Assembly (NCBI GenBank): GCA_964106915.2
Contig: OZ066918.1
Source of the DNA: Podarcis gaigeae
Lineage: Eukaryota
DNA: 64,000 nucleotides
Direction: 5' to 3' (one strand)
Positions 13,413-26,449 of this stretch are shown here, in pieces. The notes under the pieces are model-generated. The model was given only the letters and a program-made list of their open reading frames with translations. It was not told the DNA's origin and did no database searches. Positions within the stretch are counted from its first letter, which is position 1. Every line of letters begins with the position of its first letter. The position numbers and the translations under genes are program-made.

Positions 13413-13556
13413 CCCAGCTGAGGCTGTAAAATAATTACAGCACACTCTGACTATCTCCACAGCTGCAGTGTGTCTCCATTGCAGTTGTGTGTCATGGACT
13501 CTGATCAGCTACGTATACCAACTCTCTAGCAGGTATTTCTTCAAAGGATGCAATAT

Positions 13557-13557
<1 letters not shown>

Positions 13558-13606
<49 letters not shown>

Positions 13607-13623
13607 ACAGAGAGAGAGAGAGA
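13558..13623. repeat. (TG)n(GA)n compound microsatellite
   Basis: About 23 TG units followed by a GA run. Confidence 0.95.
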
Positions 13624-16600
13624 ATGAATGCATGCACATTGCTAGACTTTCCAGCAGTAGCTCAGTTTTGGTTAGACCTCACAGAGGATTTTGCAGGAGG
13701 AAGCCAGTAACTGCTGAACAAAAATGCTTGCACAAAAATGCTTGTCACTGATCCTAAAAGCACTGCATTGGCTCCCAATGAGATACTGGACCTACACCCA
13801 GGTGTTAATACTAATGTACAAAGCCCTAAACAGCTTGGGACCTTCCCCGATGTCAATCATCTTGGGTCTTGCTATTGGCAGGTGAGGTCTTGTTGGTGGT
13901 GCCACCACTGGGTGCTACTTGGTTGGCACTGTACCATTTCATGGCTTGCTCAGTGGTGGTTCTTCATTTATGGAATGGCCTTTCTGGTGAAGGGCATCTG
14001 TCTCCCTCATTATCGACTTTCAGGAGGAATTTAAAACATTTCTGGGTACCCAGCTATTTGATGGCTGAAAGATACAGCTCCTAGCAACCTTGACATTATT
14101 AACAAAGAGCGTTTCTCTTTAGATGTTTTTAACCTTTTAAAAATGTTTTAGAACTTTAACATTGTTTTAAAGTTCTTTAAACACGCCTTTATGCTTAAAA
14201 AATTGTATTGTTTCAGCACTGTTGTGTTTTGACACCCTGGCGTCTTTTACGAGGAAGGACAGGAGAAAAGTTTAATCAATGAATGCACAAAATAATTTTC
14301 GATTTTGATTCCTCATCTGTTTGTTTTTCATCGGGATAATTGAGAAATTTGTTATGTGCCCATTCTACTGCAAATCGGCCTGTACACATCACCTGTATTG
14401 ATGCATGAATTGAGGGTAAACTATGTTTTTGCACTTTCTGAATATTGCAGTGCACTTCTTGACTCAAAACGTCAAAAATATCAAAATGTGTTTTTAAATA
14501 TATATTTTTAGGGGGGAAATGTGTGTAAAGCACATATTTCAAAGTGAATATTACAAACTGTTGTGGGGGTCATTTTGAGGGGTGATTCTGCATGCATGGT
14601 GATGGTGATCATGCCTAGAAGCTGTGTAATGGAATAGAAGCAGACTTTGGTCAAGAGGACTCTGTCTCATGGTTTATGCAGGCCTGAATGTCTACTTTAA
14701 GGTCAGAAATATCTCTGTTTGCATGTCCCCTGTGCTGGAAAATGAGAACAGAAGGATTGGCAAAGCTTAGACAAGCTGAGATCATGTACCAGGGTCCTAT
14801 TAGCAGCTCCAAGACTATGTACACAATCCCATTTACTCCACATCCAGTGCATTCCAACCACTAGCTCAGGAAGTGGCGTACTCATGCACACCACAATCCT
14901 TATCTATCCTGTATTGCTCTTCTGTGTAGAGTTAAGCTTAATAGTTAACTTGCATATTCATATTCAATTTTCTTTTATATGTAATTATTATTTGCATACA
15001 ATATTCTTTATTTCTCCTTTCTCCAAGATTTATTCATGTATCATGTGCTGTTGATTTCTGTTTGATATTTTTATGCTTGTATATTTCATAAAATGAAATG
15101 CATTTACTGGTCTGCTGATATGATTAGAATAAATCTTTCCAATCAGATTTTAGCCTCCTGAGTCCTGTCTGGTCACCACTTCCCCCCCAACTTAAGAACT
15201 TCATTATCAAAAACAAACTCAGATGGAACCAATGGAAAAGACTTATGAGGGAACACAAGCACCAGAAATACCATGATTCATCTATCCCTAGTATTTTGGA
15301 AAGCAATTTTCTTTCCTAAAAATGAAAAGAAAAGAATGTAATTTCTGGTTCTGGGAACATCTCTAGAGGTCTTCTGGGAACAAGACAAAATATGCTCCAG
15401 GCCCATAGATGGAAATATTTGCCTATGGGCTCTCTTTTCACTTTTCCAGTTAACCCAGTTCACGCAATAGAACATTACGCCCTGGCTGAAGATTTCAGTT
15501 TATTTAATCCCATAACCTAAAAACTAAGTATTTCAGTTTACCCGGCTTACGGATTGCAATCATAGTCTTTTTAATATAATGTCTCATTTAATTCTTTTAC
15601 ACCAGGCTGAAATTTAACTTGAGCAAAAACATTTAAGCAAGTGATAGCAGGGGCTTCAATATTGGTTAAAAATAAAAACAAAATACCTATTAGTCTATGC
15701 TGATGTGAATGGTAAAATATGTAATAAAGGGCTTGGAGTAAGATTGGAAAAAAGAAGAGGAAAAGCTACGCTCCCAGCAGGCAAAATATTGCTGACATTT
15801 TTAATAATAATGAAACATAAGACCTCACCAGGGCAAATCTAAAATCCATTTTGCATGTCAAAGAATAGGTTGCATTTAATTTGTTTAGGATATTTTGCCA
15901 GGTTTCCCATTTCATATGAAATAAGTTGAAGGTTATGAAGAGAGTTATTAAAACTAAATGATTGCAAGGAGTTTGAAAGGAAAAGGTGGAGGAAAAGCTG
16001 AGAGAAATGGCTTTCTAACCTGGTATTTGATTGATAGCAACCTTTATAAAAAGGTACTCTCTGCTGGCTGTTTAAACATCACATTTTATTTCATATGCAG
16101 AAAAATGTAATGGGCAATATTGGTAGGTTAAAAATTCTAATTCATATGTAATTCAAAAGCTGTTTAATTTCCCCTCATTTCTTTGGATAGCTGGAATGGA
16201 CATGTCTACTGTCTGAAAAAAATCATTTAATTTAATCATGAGCCTTCCTGCATCTATTTTATTGTATTTAAATATTTTATTCAAGTAAAATTCCCTCCCC
16301 CTTTAGACTAACTTACGCATGTGGCCCATAGATACCAAAATCAGCTAAGGGTAAATTTGAAAAGGTTTTAAGAGGTGATGCTATGCCCCTGAAATCTAGA
16401 AGATTTCAAATAACCTTATTCAAACAGTTGGATATGGCTCCCTGGACTCAGGACAAACAGGGCAAATGAAGGAGAAGCAAAGAAAAGGCTGGTCTTGCTC
16501 ATTTTACTTATGCAAATAAGGCTGCTGAAATCCATAGGCTTTGATCCCGATCTGCTGCACTGCATTCAGTTGAGTCAAACTGCTGAGAGTAGTATGATAA

Positions 16601-17739
16601 CACATTGGGTTCCTGAATAGCAAGCCATGACAAAGAAAGAACGTTAGATGGGATTTTTCAAAAATCCATCTGACAAAATGTCAGGCCTGGCCATCATAAC
16701 ACAACATTTTAGGGGCTCCAAGCATCCTCTTCTGCAAAGCAAGACGGGACTCAGGCTGGGTAAGGTTCGGGCTGGATGGAAGGAAGGGAAACTTAGGCAA
16801 CACTAGATACAGAAGGGTTCAGACTGTGCTCCAGGAACATGGGACACATGTCATGGATGCCTCCCTGGTGGTGGTAAGTGATGATGCTCCCCTCCCCCCA
16901 CTCCAGTAATCCATGTCTCTTAAGCCAGGAAGCTGCAAAAATGGAAATCAATGTGGTGAAATCCCTGTCCTCTGAAAAGGCAAGCAGGGAGTATAATAGT
17001 GCAGCAGATGTAATTGGCAGAAAACTGCTCAGCTCCAGATCTCACAGCATCTTTCTGGGTTGTAAGCCATGTCCCTTGTGATCCTGTTTTAATGCAGTGG
17101 TATCCTACAAAAATTGGGCAGCTCAGTTCATGGATTTAAATTATTCTCAATGACTATCTTGTTCTCCTTATTATTTATTAACTACTTACTTTTTTCATTT
17201 TATCTGAAACTGCCTATCCCCCAAATGCTGCAAAGAATAGAACCTGACCTTTTCTTTATGGATGAATTAAAGATCTAATAAAGATCTGAACATACCAAAA
17301 GGACATTCAATTTCTCACTGAAAGGGTTTAATTTTAGTAGGACATGAAAACAGAGAATCACAATTAATGTGCTAAAGAGAGAATCAATACAGATGAGGCA
17401 TGTGTTCTGGGGTGAGAGTAGAGACTTGAGAGATAACAAGTTGCTCTCTGTTTTCTCCTTGCAATTGGAATCAACAGCAATGCAGAACGTTAATCGTTCT
17501 AATTGAGAAGGGGAAGGTTGGCTCTTAGCATTCCCAGCACTTGTTTTTAAACAGGCGACTTTGATTTAACGTAGCTTTACACAGCAGGAAGATGTCACAG
17601 CTGATTGCAGTCTGTTCTTTCAACTGCAGCACATGCACACAGTTAGACACGTGGGACAACAGGTCACAAAACCCGAACTATTCATTAATGTGGAATATCA
17701 GCTTTTTGTATTGAGACTGCAGCAGTCTCATTTTTCTAT

Positions 17740-19121
17740 GTTGTTGTTGTTGTTTAATCGTTTAGTCATGCCCGACTCTTCGTGACCCCATGGACCAGAG
17801 CACGCCAGGCACTCCTGCCTTCCACTGCCTCCCGCAGTTTGGTCAAACTCATGTTGGTAGCTTTGAGAACACTGTCCAACCATCTCGTCCTCTGTCGTCC
17901 CCTTCTCCTTGTGCCCTCCATCTTTCCCAACATCAGGGTCTTTTCCAAGGAGTCTTCTCTTCTCATGAGCTGACCAAAGTATTGGAGCCTAAGCTTTAGG
18001 ATCTGTCCTTCCAGTGAGCACTCAGGGCTGATTTCCTTCAGAATGGATAGGTTTGATCTTCTTGCAGTCCATGGGACTCTCAAGAGTCTCATCCAGCACC
18101 AGAATTCAAAAGCATCCATTCTTCAGTGATCAGCCTTCTTTATGGTCCAGCTCTCACTTCCATACATCACTGCTGGGAAAACCATAGCTTTAACTATACA
18201 GACCTTTGTTGGCAAGGTGATGTCTCTGCTTTTTAAGATGCTGTCTAGGTTTGTCATCACTTTTCTCCCAAGAAGCAGGCGTCTTTTAATTTTGTGATTG
18301 CTGTCATCATCTGCAGTGATCATGGAGCCCAAGAAAGTAAAATCTCCCACTGCCTCCATTTCTTCCCCTTCTATTTGCCAGGAGGTGATGGGACCAGTGG
18401 CCATGATCTTTGTTTTTTTGATGTTGAGCTTCAGACCATATTTTACGCTCTCCTCTTTCACCCTCATTAAGAGGTTCTTTAATTCCTCCTCACTTTCTGC
18501 CATCAAAGTTGTGTCATCTGCATATCTGAGGTTGTTGATATTTCTTCCAGCAATCTTAATTCCGGCTTGGGATTCATCCAGCCCAGCCTTTCGCATAATG
18601 AATTCTGCATATAAGTTAAATAAGCAGGGAGACAATATACAGCCTTGTCATAAAGGTAAAGGTACCCCTGCCTGTATGGGCCAGTCTTGCCAGACTCTAG
18701 GGTTGTGCGCTCATCTCACTCTATAGGCCGGGAGCCAGCGCTGTCCGCAGACACTTCCGGGTCATTTGGCCAGCGTGACAAGCTGCATCTGGCGAGCCAG
18801 CACAGCACACGGAACACCGTTTACCTTCCCGCTGGTAAGCAGTCCCTATTTATCTACTTGCACCCGGAGGTGCTTTCGAACTGCTAGGTTGGCAGGCGCT
18901 GGGACCGAACAACGGGAGCGCACCCCACCGCGGGGATTCGAACCGCCGACCATACGATCGGCAAGTCCTAGGCGCTGAGGTTTTACCCACAGCGCCACCC
19001 GTGTCCCTACAGCTTTGTCATACTCCTTTCCTAATTTTGAACCAATCAGTTGTTCCATATCCAGTTCTAACTGTAGCTTCGTGTCCCACATAGAGATTTC
19101 TCGGGAGACAGATGAGGTGAC
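17740..19121 (-). mobile_element. BovB (RTE clade) LINE, 5'-truncated, interrupted by a Sauria SINE
   Basis: RT peptide LSPCLFNLYAEFIMRKAGL...NLRYADDTTLMAESEEELK...SLEKTLMLGK, typical of BovB; (CAA)n tail; 11-bp TSD CATTTTTCTAT at 17729-17739 and 19122-19132; in-frame TGA at 18123-18125. Confidence 0.95.
18653..19007 (-). mobile_element. Sauria SINE (Squam1), full length
   Basis: GGGACACGGGTGGCGCTGTGG head, box B GGTTCGAATCC, (ACCTTT)n tail; 15-bp TSD TACAGC(C/T)TTGTCATA at 18638-18652 and 19008-19022. Confidence 0.93.
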
Positions 19122-19454
19122 CATTTTTCTATATAGAAACCTAATTTGTTGCTGCTGTTTTGGCAAGACCACGCTCTGGACTTTTTCAAACAATATATTA
19201 GCAATAAAGCCAATCCTGAGATTTGAGTGATTTTACCAATGTGACATACTAAACAATATGATGTATGATACAAAACATGCTTCTTTTTTTGGTGTACCAG
19301 TAAACCATTTTAGTTGCACGTCTAATTCAAATGGTCCAGACAATATTCTTTCCCACGTGCAATGAAAAGGAGTATTTTAACTTTCTCCCTCCCTCGAATG
19401 CATAAGGCACTGGCTTCCTAAACCTGGGATGATGGGCTTGAAGCCCATCTGGGG

Positions 19455-19640
19455 TGGCCCATGGCTTAATGATGGAACTCATGCTTTGTATGCAGAAGGT
19501 CTCAGGCTCAATCTCTGAGTCTTAAGGTAGTGCCTGAGTCTTAAGGTAGCTGCTTGCAAGCCCATGGAACCACAACACCTGTCAGTGTAAATGGTTCTGA
19601 GCTAGATGGACCAATAACTTGGTATAAGCAGCTTTCTTTG
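19455..19640 (+). mobile_element. tRNA-derived SINE (Squam2-like)
   Basis: ATGCTTTGTATGCAGAAGGTC head; TGAGCTAGATGGACCAAT...GTATAAGCAGCTT tail. Confidence 0.6.
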
Positions 19641-20941
19641 TTCACCCACTCAGCCTTGATTCTGATACTACAGGATATTCATGCATGGGTGTAATGTTTT
19701 CAATGCAGGATTCTGGCTAGCTTTCATAAGACAGAACTTTGGCAATTGTTACATGGGGCAAACTACCGTAATAATCTAACCTGGGTAAAATAATGTCTGT
19801 CTAACCCTAACATATAGCATCTTCCAGGTTTGCACAACCTGGTCACCAGATGATTGGCAAGCCCTGTTTTGCAATCCAAGGTTGGCACCAAAAACAATGA
19901 GTTTATTAAGTTTGTGTCAGTCTCTGTTCAGATTTGCAGATCAGATGTTGTGCAATCACGGTCAGTTCCACCAATGTCCCTTTTCTAGTTGTGGTCATCT
20001 CAATGGAAGTTCTCTCCCTGCTCCAATTAGGATTAGGGATTAATGTTCCACACATATCATTTTTTCCTTTCTCTTTAGCTGGAAACAGCATTGGGAAAGT
20101 GCATAAACCATGCAGACAATGCTTCTTTTCTTGTTCAGCCACAAACATATCATTTCATGAAGAAGAAGAAAAAGATTTCAGAGAGGGTGAAAGTTCAATT
20201 GCTTTCTGTGTCTGAACCCAGTTGTGACCCAGTGATGAACTGCTAGCTGTGTCTCCAGTGCTTGCAGCATTATATGTATTAATAGCCAACCAAATCACTA
20301 GTGACAAAACCTAGTTACGTTTTCAGTTGATCTGCTGCAGGCAACTGGTTGCAATCAGTTTTCAGTTCTAGGCAGCTACTTGCCATGCAGATGGCAAACT
20401 GTTTGCTTTGTATCTGAAGAATAGGTGGCTTGAAGCAAAGGGAAAGCTAATGACTATAATGCGAAACACAACACAAATGTCTGCTGAGATATAAGTAGCT
20501 CTGCTATCTGACCAAGATTTATAGCATGCCCACTGTCTGAAGCCATAACTACTTCTTAATGGGGAGCAGAGTGACGGTAGTATTAATTCTCTTGCAGGAT
20601 ATGACTGGAAGTATAGCAAAGGCATTCCACAAAAGCTGAAGGCAATGGTTCACAATCTAATTGCTATAAAAGACAATGGCATTGACAGTAATCACTGCCA
20701 TTCCCAGTCTGCCAACAATTAGGCGTGGTAAGCATTCAAGCCATTAGGCATTTTTGTTCTCCCTTTGTATTTGTCTCAGTTGGCAATCAGATTCTGTACG
20801 TATAGACTTGCCAGTAGGCAGTATCTAACCTAGATATTTGGGAGCTGTATCTTTTCCAACACATCAGATTTTATAGACTAGGTGATGCCCAGAACCACAT
20901 CACATCTGAAAATGCAGGAAAGTGGTTGTAGAAAAGACTGA

Positions 20942-21387
20942 TGTCATAGACTGGCTGGATGCAGAGGAGTGTGAGAAGCACCAGTTGGGGAGACCGCAAG
21001 GGATCCTTCAGGGTAAGAAGGCTGAAAGCCAGGGAATTGGTGGTGGGGCGACAATGAGTAGTCAGAGGGAGCAGACGGGGAGAAGGGAGTGCTGGAACCT
21101 GAAGAGGTAACAGGGTTTAGTGAGCAGGAAGAGGCTGTGACAGAGAGCAGTCCGGAGGCAGAAGTGGAGGCTGGTGAGGAGCGGGGCCAAGAGGCAGAGT
21201 GGAGGCAGGCTGCTGAAGAAGCCAGGGAGTCTCCCCCTCCTACTGTGATCAGCTCCCTTCCGCCCTGGAATAAAGAGGGTGGAGCAAAGGGAGATGAAGG
21301 AGCCTCAGTTTGCTGGGGAAGGACCATGGGCAAGAGGAGCCTTAGTGGACCTTAGAGTCCTCACAACTGCATCATTGGGGCAAGATC

Positions 21388-21436
<49 letters not shown>

Positions 21437-21614
21437 TTTTATTTATATCCCGCCCTCCCCGGGGCTCAGGGCAGCTAACAACAATCAAACAATCAAACAA
21501 TCAAATAATCAAATAACCTACTGGAAGGAGTTGCTGTGATCACCAGACCTGAGCTGTTTTGTTTCTTTAATTTCAATGACACCTTGTCACTTGCTCCCGA
21601 CTCCCGCCTTGACA
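20942..21614 (+). mobile_element. Solo LTR (Gypsy-like) with an internal L2-tail/(AAT)n insertion
   Basis: TGTCA...TGACA termini; perfect 5-bp TSD ACTGA (20937-20941 / 21615-21619). Confidence 0.8.
21389..21515 (-). mobile_element. L2-type 3' tail with (AAT)n microsatellite
   Basis: (AAT)n run followed by TTTATTTATATCCCGCCCTCCCC, the reverse complement of a squamate L2 3' end. Confidence 0.7.
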
Positions 21615-22374
21615 ACTGAGCTAGATGTATGAATAGTATGAATCAGTCTAAGGTAGTTTTCTATGTTCTATTTGGCTTTGATTTCCCCAGTGCTGAAAGA
21701 ATGATCCTTCAGAGAAATCTAGATCCTTTGGTGTGGGTAAAAGGAACCAGTGCCATGCAGTCTCCCAGTTGAGAGCTGGCTGTGAGCAAAGATTCACTGA
21801 GGTGGGCGGGGGGGAGAAGACAAATGAATTCTTCTTGCCATTTCACTTGTAACCGCAGTGAATTCAGAATGCGCCAATGAAAGATTCATTAGTGTTGTAC
21901 AAGGCAGCTTGTCCTCATGCTAATAAAGAGATTTGTGCTTTCTAGAGAACACTCTGCTGTTTAGTCGATTGTTAAGAAGAAAATGAGACGGAAATACAAA
22001 AGGGATTTTAACCTAATTACTATGGAGACTAAATCATAATTTTTAAAGGTCTTGGATAATAGTAATAATAAAAAAGAATAATTAACAATTAACTAGGCTG
22101 TCTCTCTCCCCTTTGCCCTTTTGATGATGCATATTTGGATATATTCTGTGTCTGAAGGCTTGGGAGGTGTAGTACTGCTCCATCTACACATTCTCAAGCA
22201 GGAACACCTCTTGGGCACAGTCAATAAAACCCATTCACTCGGGAAATGGGGCTGTAGGGTCATAATGGTATTGGAGGCAGTGAAGAGTCCAAATGGGATC
22301 AGACATTTTTTGGGTGCTTTGGCACTTTAGAGGGACTTCTTGTGCATGGATACAATATAATACCAAAGTAATGA

Positions 22375-22546
22375 TGGACATATCCACATTCAAAACACAC
22401 CTCAAGCACATGTCCCCTCCCAAAAGAATCCTGGGAATTGTAGTTTAAAGGTGCTGGGAATTGTGGCTTTGTGAGAGGTAAACTACAGTTCCCACGAGTC
22501 TTTGAGGGCAGGCATGTGGTTTAAATGTATGGTATAGATGTGGCCA
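22375..22546. mobile_element. Palindromic MITE (PIF/Harbinger-like)
   Basis: Imperfect long inverted arms (..ATCCACAT..AAGCACATG / CATGTG..TTTAAATGTATGGTATAGATG) around GGGAATTGTAGT motifs; related copy at 32276-32484. Confidence 0.55.
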
Positions 22547-22745
22547 GGGTCTACACAGCTCCCCTGATTTGGGTCAGTCCATTCAGCTCCATGGGCAGAG
22601 TTGAGTGTGATTCAGATTAGAGTTGGTGGTGAAGGTGGCAGGAAACAGCTGGAACTTTTGTCAGAGGCTAGACCTACTATGTGAGCCAAAATCCCTCATG
22701 TTGCAACTTGAGAGAAGATGCCCTACAAAAACAAGAATTTCATAT

Positions 22746-22931
22746 CAGTTGCGGAACTTCATGCTCCGGCACTGGGGGGGAGGCGGAGAGCAGGCAGTGG
22801 TGGGGCTGGCGTGCGTCCCGGGGGTGTGGCGTGCCGCCCAGCATTGGGGGGGGCAACCATTATGGTACCCCACCGTGATCGCGCTGCTGGGGGCAGTGCT
22901 CTCCCCCCGCATACCTCTTCCTCCACCAGTG
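22746..22931. mobile_element. Non-autonomous hAT MITE (same family as 6703-6917)
   Basis: CAGTTGCGGA...TCCACCAGTG termini; perfect 8-bp TSD TTTCATAT (22738-22745 / 22932-22939). Confidence 0.85.
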
Positions 22932-23689
22932 TTTCATATTTCCTAAAGCTCTACTCAAAAGACTCTACTCAACCAAGAAGGCTCTGTTCAAAGCAAAGTT
23001 GGTTATTCAAGTTTTCCTCTTTTATTTTTACTACAAAAATCTGTAGTAAATGCAAGCTGAAAGTGACAGGAGCCCTCCAAATAAAAGGTCAGCCATTTTA
23101 AACAATTCAACAAAAAAATCCCATAGTTTTTCTCCTCTTGTCTCTTTCTCTCGACAGGCAGACAGACAGACAGGCACTCAAACCCAGCTCTAACTATTAT
23201 TTTCTGCTCAGCTGTAACACCCTTCTCCTTTCTATCTTCTTTATTATTAAATATTTTATTTTGGCTTTCCATGTAGAATGGAACAAGGTTAAAGAGTGAA
23301 TAAAGAGAGAAAACTATCCCCTTCTTCCCCCAACACTTTCCCCAACAAGCCCATTTGAGGATAGCAATTGTACAGTAGATATTCCCAAGTTGCAAAAACA
23401 CAGTGTTCTATAATGTTCCATGAGTCTTTGGTGGTCAATATATGTGTTATTTTGTTAAAACATAAGAAATAAAATTAAAGCAGTTAATGCAAAAGTTGTT
23501 AGATTTTCTCTCTTCTTCAGGCCTGTTGCTATATATAGTTTCCAGAAAATAAGTTCAATTCCAGGCAAATATAGTTGTTCTCCTGCTTACTTCTGAAATG
23601 GCAGGACACCAGGCATCTCATGCTTGTTACACTTTATCAATCTGGCCATGATGACCCTGCTCTGCTTCTATAGCTGGAGACAGTAATGC

Positions 23690-23850
23690 TACCAAATAAC
23701 TGTTGCCGGAGACCACAGGAGAAGAGAGTGCTCTTCTGCTCAGATCCTATTTGTGGGCTTCCCACAGGCATCTGGTTGGCCACTGGGAGAACAGGATGAT
23801 GGACTAGACGGGCCATTGGCTTGATTCAGTAGGGCTCTTCTTATGTTCTT
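23690..23850 (+). mobile_element. CR1 LINE 3' end
   Basis: GGCATCTGGTTGGCCACTG..GAACAGGATGATGGACTAGA..CTTCTTATGTTCTT tail; reverse-strand copy at about 25220-25340. Confidence 0.7.
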
Positions 23851-24767
23851 GAATTAGAATACCAAGAATACAATTATAGATTCTAGTATACCTCATATAC
23901 ATATACCACCTTTTCCCATCAGTAGATTCCAAGGCAATGAACAAGTACGGATAATGAATGGTAAAACATCCCTAGATACCAAACACACACTGAAAAGCAG
24001 CTGTGTTGGTCTGCAAAGTCCAGTATAAAGGTGATCGTGTTTCTTTCTACAGCTTTTCCCCTAGCCAGGAACCTGCGTATTTTGCTTAAGGCGTGAGGCA
24101 GAACTGTGTAACAGCTGGGCTTTGTGTTTTCCAAAAATGGGGGATCAGCCATAGCCCAGAACCCTAGGTGTAACATAACACATATTCAGTCTTCAACCTC
24201 CAATTTCTGACTGAATCTAATTAGAAACCTCAAGGCTTTAATTATTTCTTGTAAAAAAAATAATGCAACAACCTCCCCACATTCTCTTCCTGCTTTGTGT
24301 AACAACACACCTGAAGACATCTTATGCATCATTTTGTGACATTTTGGTTGTTCCTAATAAATATGTTGCTCAACAGTGGGCTTTAAAATAAACCATTTAT
24401 ACTACGTAGTGATGCAAAATCAGATTCTGTCTTCTCCTTAATAAATATGTAATAACTCAAGAGTTATTATAGATAGCTGCTTTATTTTCTTCTCCAGAGG
24501 GCTTATTTGTCTGACCTCAAAGATTATAATTATGGCCAATCCCATAAGCATATGCAACTCACTTAGACCGTGACTGGCTTTCTCACTTCAATTTGGAGTT
24601 TCATTTTGGATACACACATATTTGATTGTGTGGAATGCATTCTAAGTAATTACAGTGATTTGTGTTAGTGTGAAAGACTTCAAAAAATTGGGGAACAGGT
24701 TTGTGCTAGAGCAAGGAGCATGTTCAGTCTCTAATGTAACATGAACTTATTCTGATATTTCCTATAT

Positions 24768-25033
24768 CAGGCACGTCCAACTTCCAAGAGACTGCGATCT
24801 ACTCCCACTATAAAAAAACTGGTAGTGATCTACCCATTGACCAGAGTTGGTGTTGAGCTTTTTGGGGGGAGGCTTCATTAAAGTGGTTGAGCTGTTTTAG
24901 GTCAGGGTTGACCGGAGTTGCTCAGCTTTTTTTTTTAATGGGCAATCAATCAGGATCCAGCGATCAACCAGGATCACCCAGGGACACCCAGAGATCAACT
25001 GGTGGATCGTGATCGACCAGTTGGACATGCCTG
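24768..25033. mobile_element. hAT (Charlie-like) MITE
   Basis: TIRs CAGGCACGTCCAAC / GTTGGACATGCCTG; perfect 8-bp TSD TCCTATAT (24760-24767 / 25034-25041). Confidence 0.9.
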
Positions 25034-26311
25034 TCCTATATCAACCACACACAAGTAGATATAGGTGTTGAGATGAAACAGGTGAGAGAGATGCAAATTC
25101 AGCCATGGTTGGCTCATTTTCTTATATTTCTTAATGCACCATGACAAAGGGTACCAGCTAAGAAATCAGCCCTTTCACAATTGATCTCCTCTCCAGTCCT
25201 TTCATTGATTGTCAGTGTTAAGAATGTAAGGGGAGCTGGATCAGGCCAGTGGTCCATCTAGTCCAGCATCCTGTTCTCAACAATGGCCAATCAGATGCCT
25301 GTGGGAAACCAGCGAGAAGGAGTCAAGCACCAGAACACTAGGAAGTGTTAGGAAATGGCCAAATTCATTTTTTAACGGTGTGTGTTTTTATTATTTTTTT
25401 TCCCAGTATAACATAAAAGCACAAGAAGCCCCCATCCAATAAACCTAATCCTTTCTCTCTTCATGAGAATAAAATGCAAAAGTTAGCAAAAGAACACAAA
25501 GAATGTGTTCTTGGGCCTTGTTCTGAACTAGGAAGAAACTTACCTCTGTAAACAAGTTGGTATACTCAGGCTGGGTAATTATTAGGGGTCAGAAGAAAAC
25601 CAAAAAAGTTACTGAAATGACTGAATTTAGCTTTTCAGAATGCAAACCTTGGGAGTCTTGAGCACTTGGTATTCCCCTGAGGAAATATCATGCAGCAAAG
25701 TGGAATGGCTTCTGAAATCTTAATATTAGATTGTTTGTTTCTCAGCTGCCACACTATGTTTCTTTAGAAAGCTATGTATTTAGTCTGGTTATGGTGCTAT
25801 TACATTTGAGTGTTTATATTGGGGCTGTATTCATATAATCCTGGGAATCAAATGCCACTATGTTGTTCTTGGTTTTTGTTTGAAAATCAAATTAGTACAA
25901 TAACATCACAGAAGAAAGTCTAGCAACATTAGGCAAAGTCAGTTTGTCACGTCAGTTCAACATAGTGATGTGTGATTTTCACCAGCAGAACATGTGCTAT
26001 CCTTAGAGCTCTTAAAGGACAGTATGGAATATTACCAACCCCATTTGGAAACAACTTCCTGTCAAGCAGTTGTTTCTATAAGAAGATTCCATGTGTGTCA
26101 GTTCTAACGGCAGAACAAGCTGGTTTCTTGTAGGCTACTGGGCTCTAGGAGTGCGGTATCATGATTTGCTTCCTACTCAACTACAACTCACAGGTAGGAA
26201 CTTCTTAAAGAAATGACAGGAAGTGGTCGTCTGTTTCCTTCTCTGACCTTGGCTGAAGGAATGAGAAATAGCAATAATGAGGAATGGTTTGAGACTCCCT
26301 GTTAAGACTGT

Positions 26312-26349
26312 GTATCTGAAGAAGTGTGCATGCACACGAAAGCTCATAC
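26312..26349 (+). ncRNA. Minimal type I hammerhead ribozyme motif
   Basis: Stem I GTAT/ATAC; core CTGAAGA (26316-26322) plus one extra A; stem II GTGTG-CATG-CACAC; GAAA (26338-26341); palindromic AGCT mini-stem III; predicted cleavage after C26345. Confidence 0.75.
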
Positions 26350-26449
26350 CAAGAACTAACTTAGTTGGTCTTTAAGGTGCTACTGGAAGGGAAAAAAAAT
26401 TATTTTTTTGTTTTGACTATGGCAGACCAACACGGCTACCTATCTGTAA
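26314..26449 (+). mobile_element. Penelope-like element terminal-repeat fragment
   Basis: CTGAAGAAGTGTGCATGCACACGAAAGCTC...GTTGGTCTTTAAGGTGCTACTGG...AACACGGCTACC; flanked by the 15-bp direct repeat CTGTTAAGACTGTGT (26299-26313 / 26450-26464). Confidence 0.8.
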
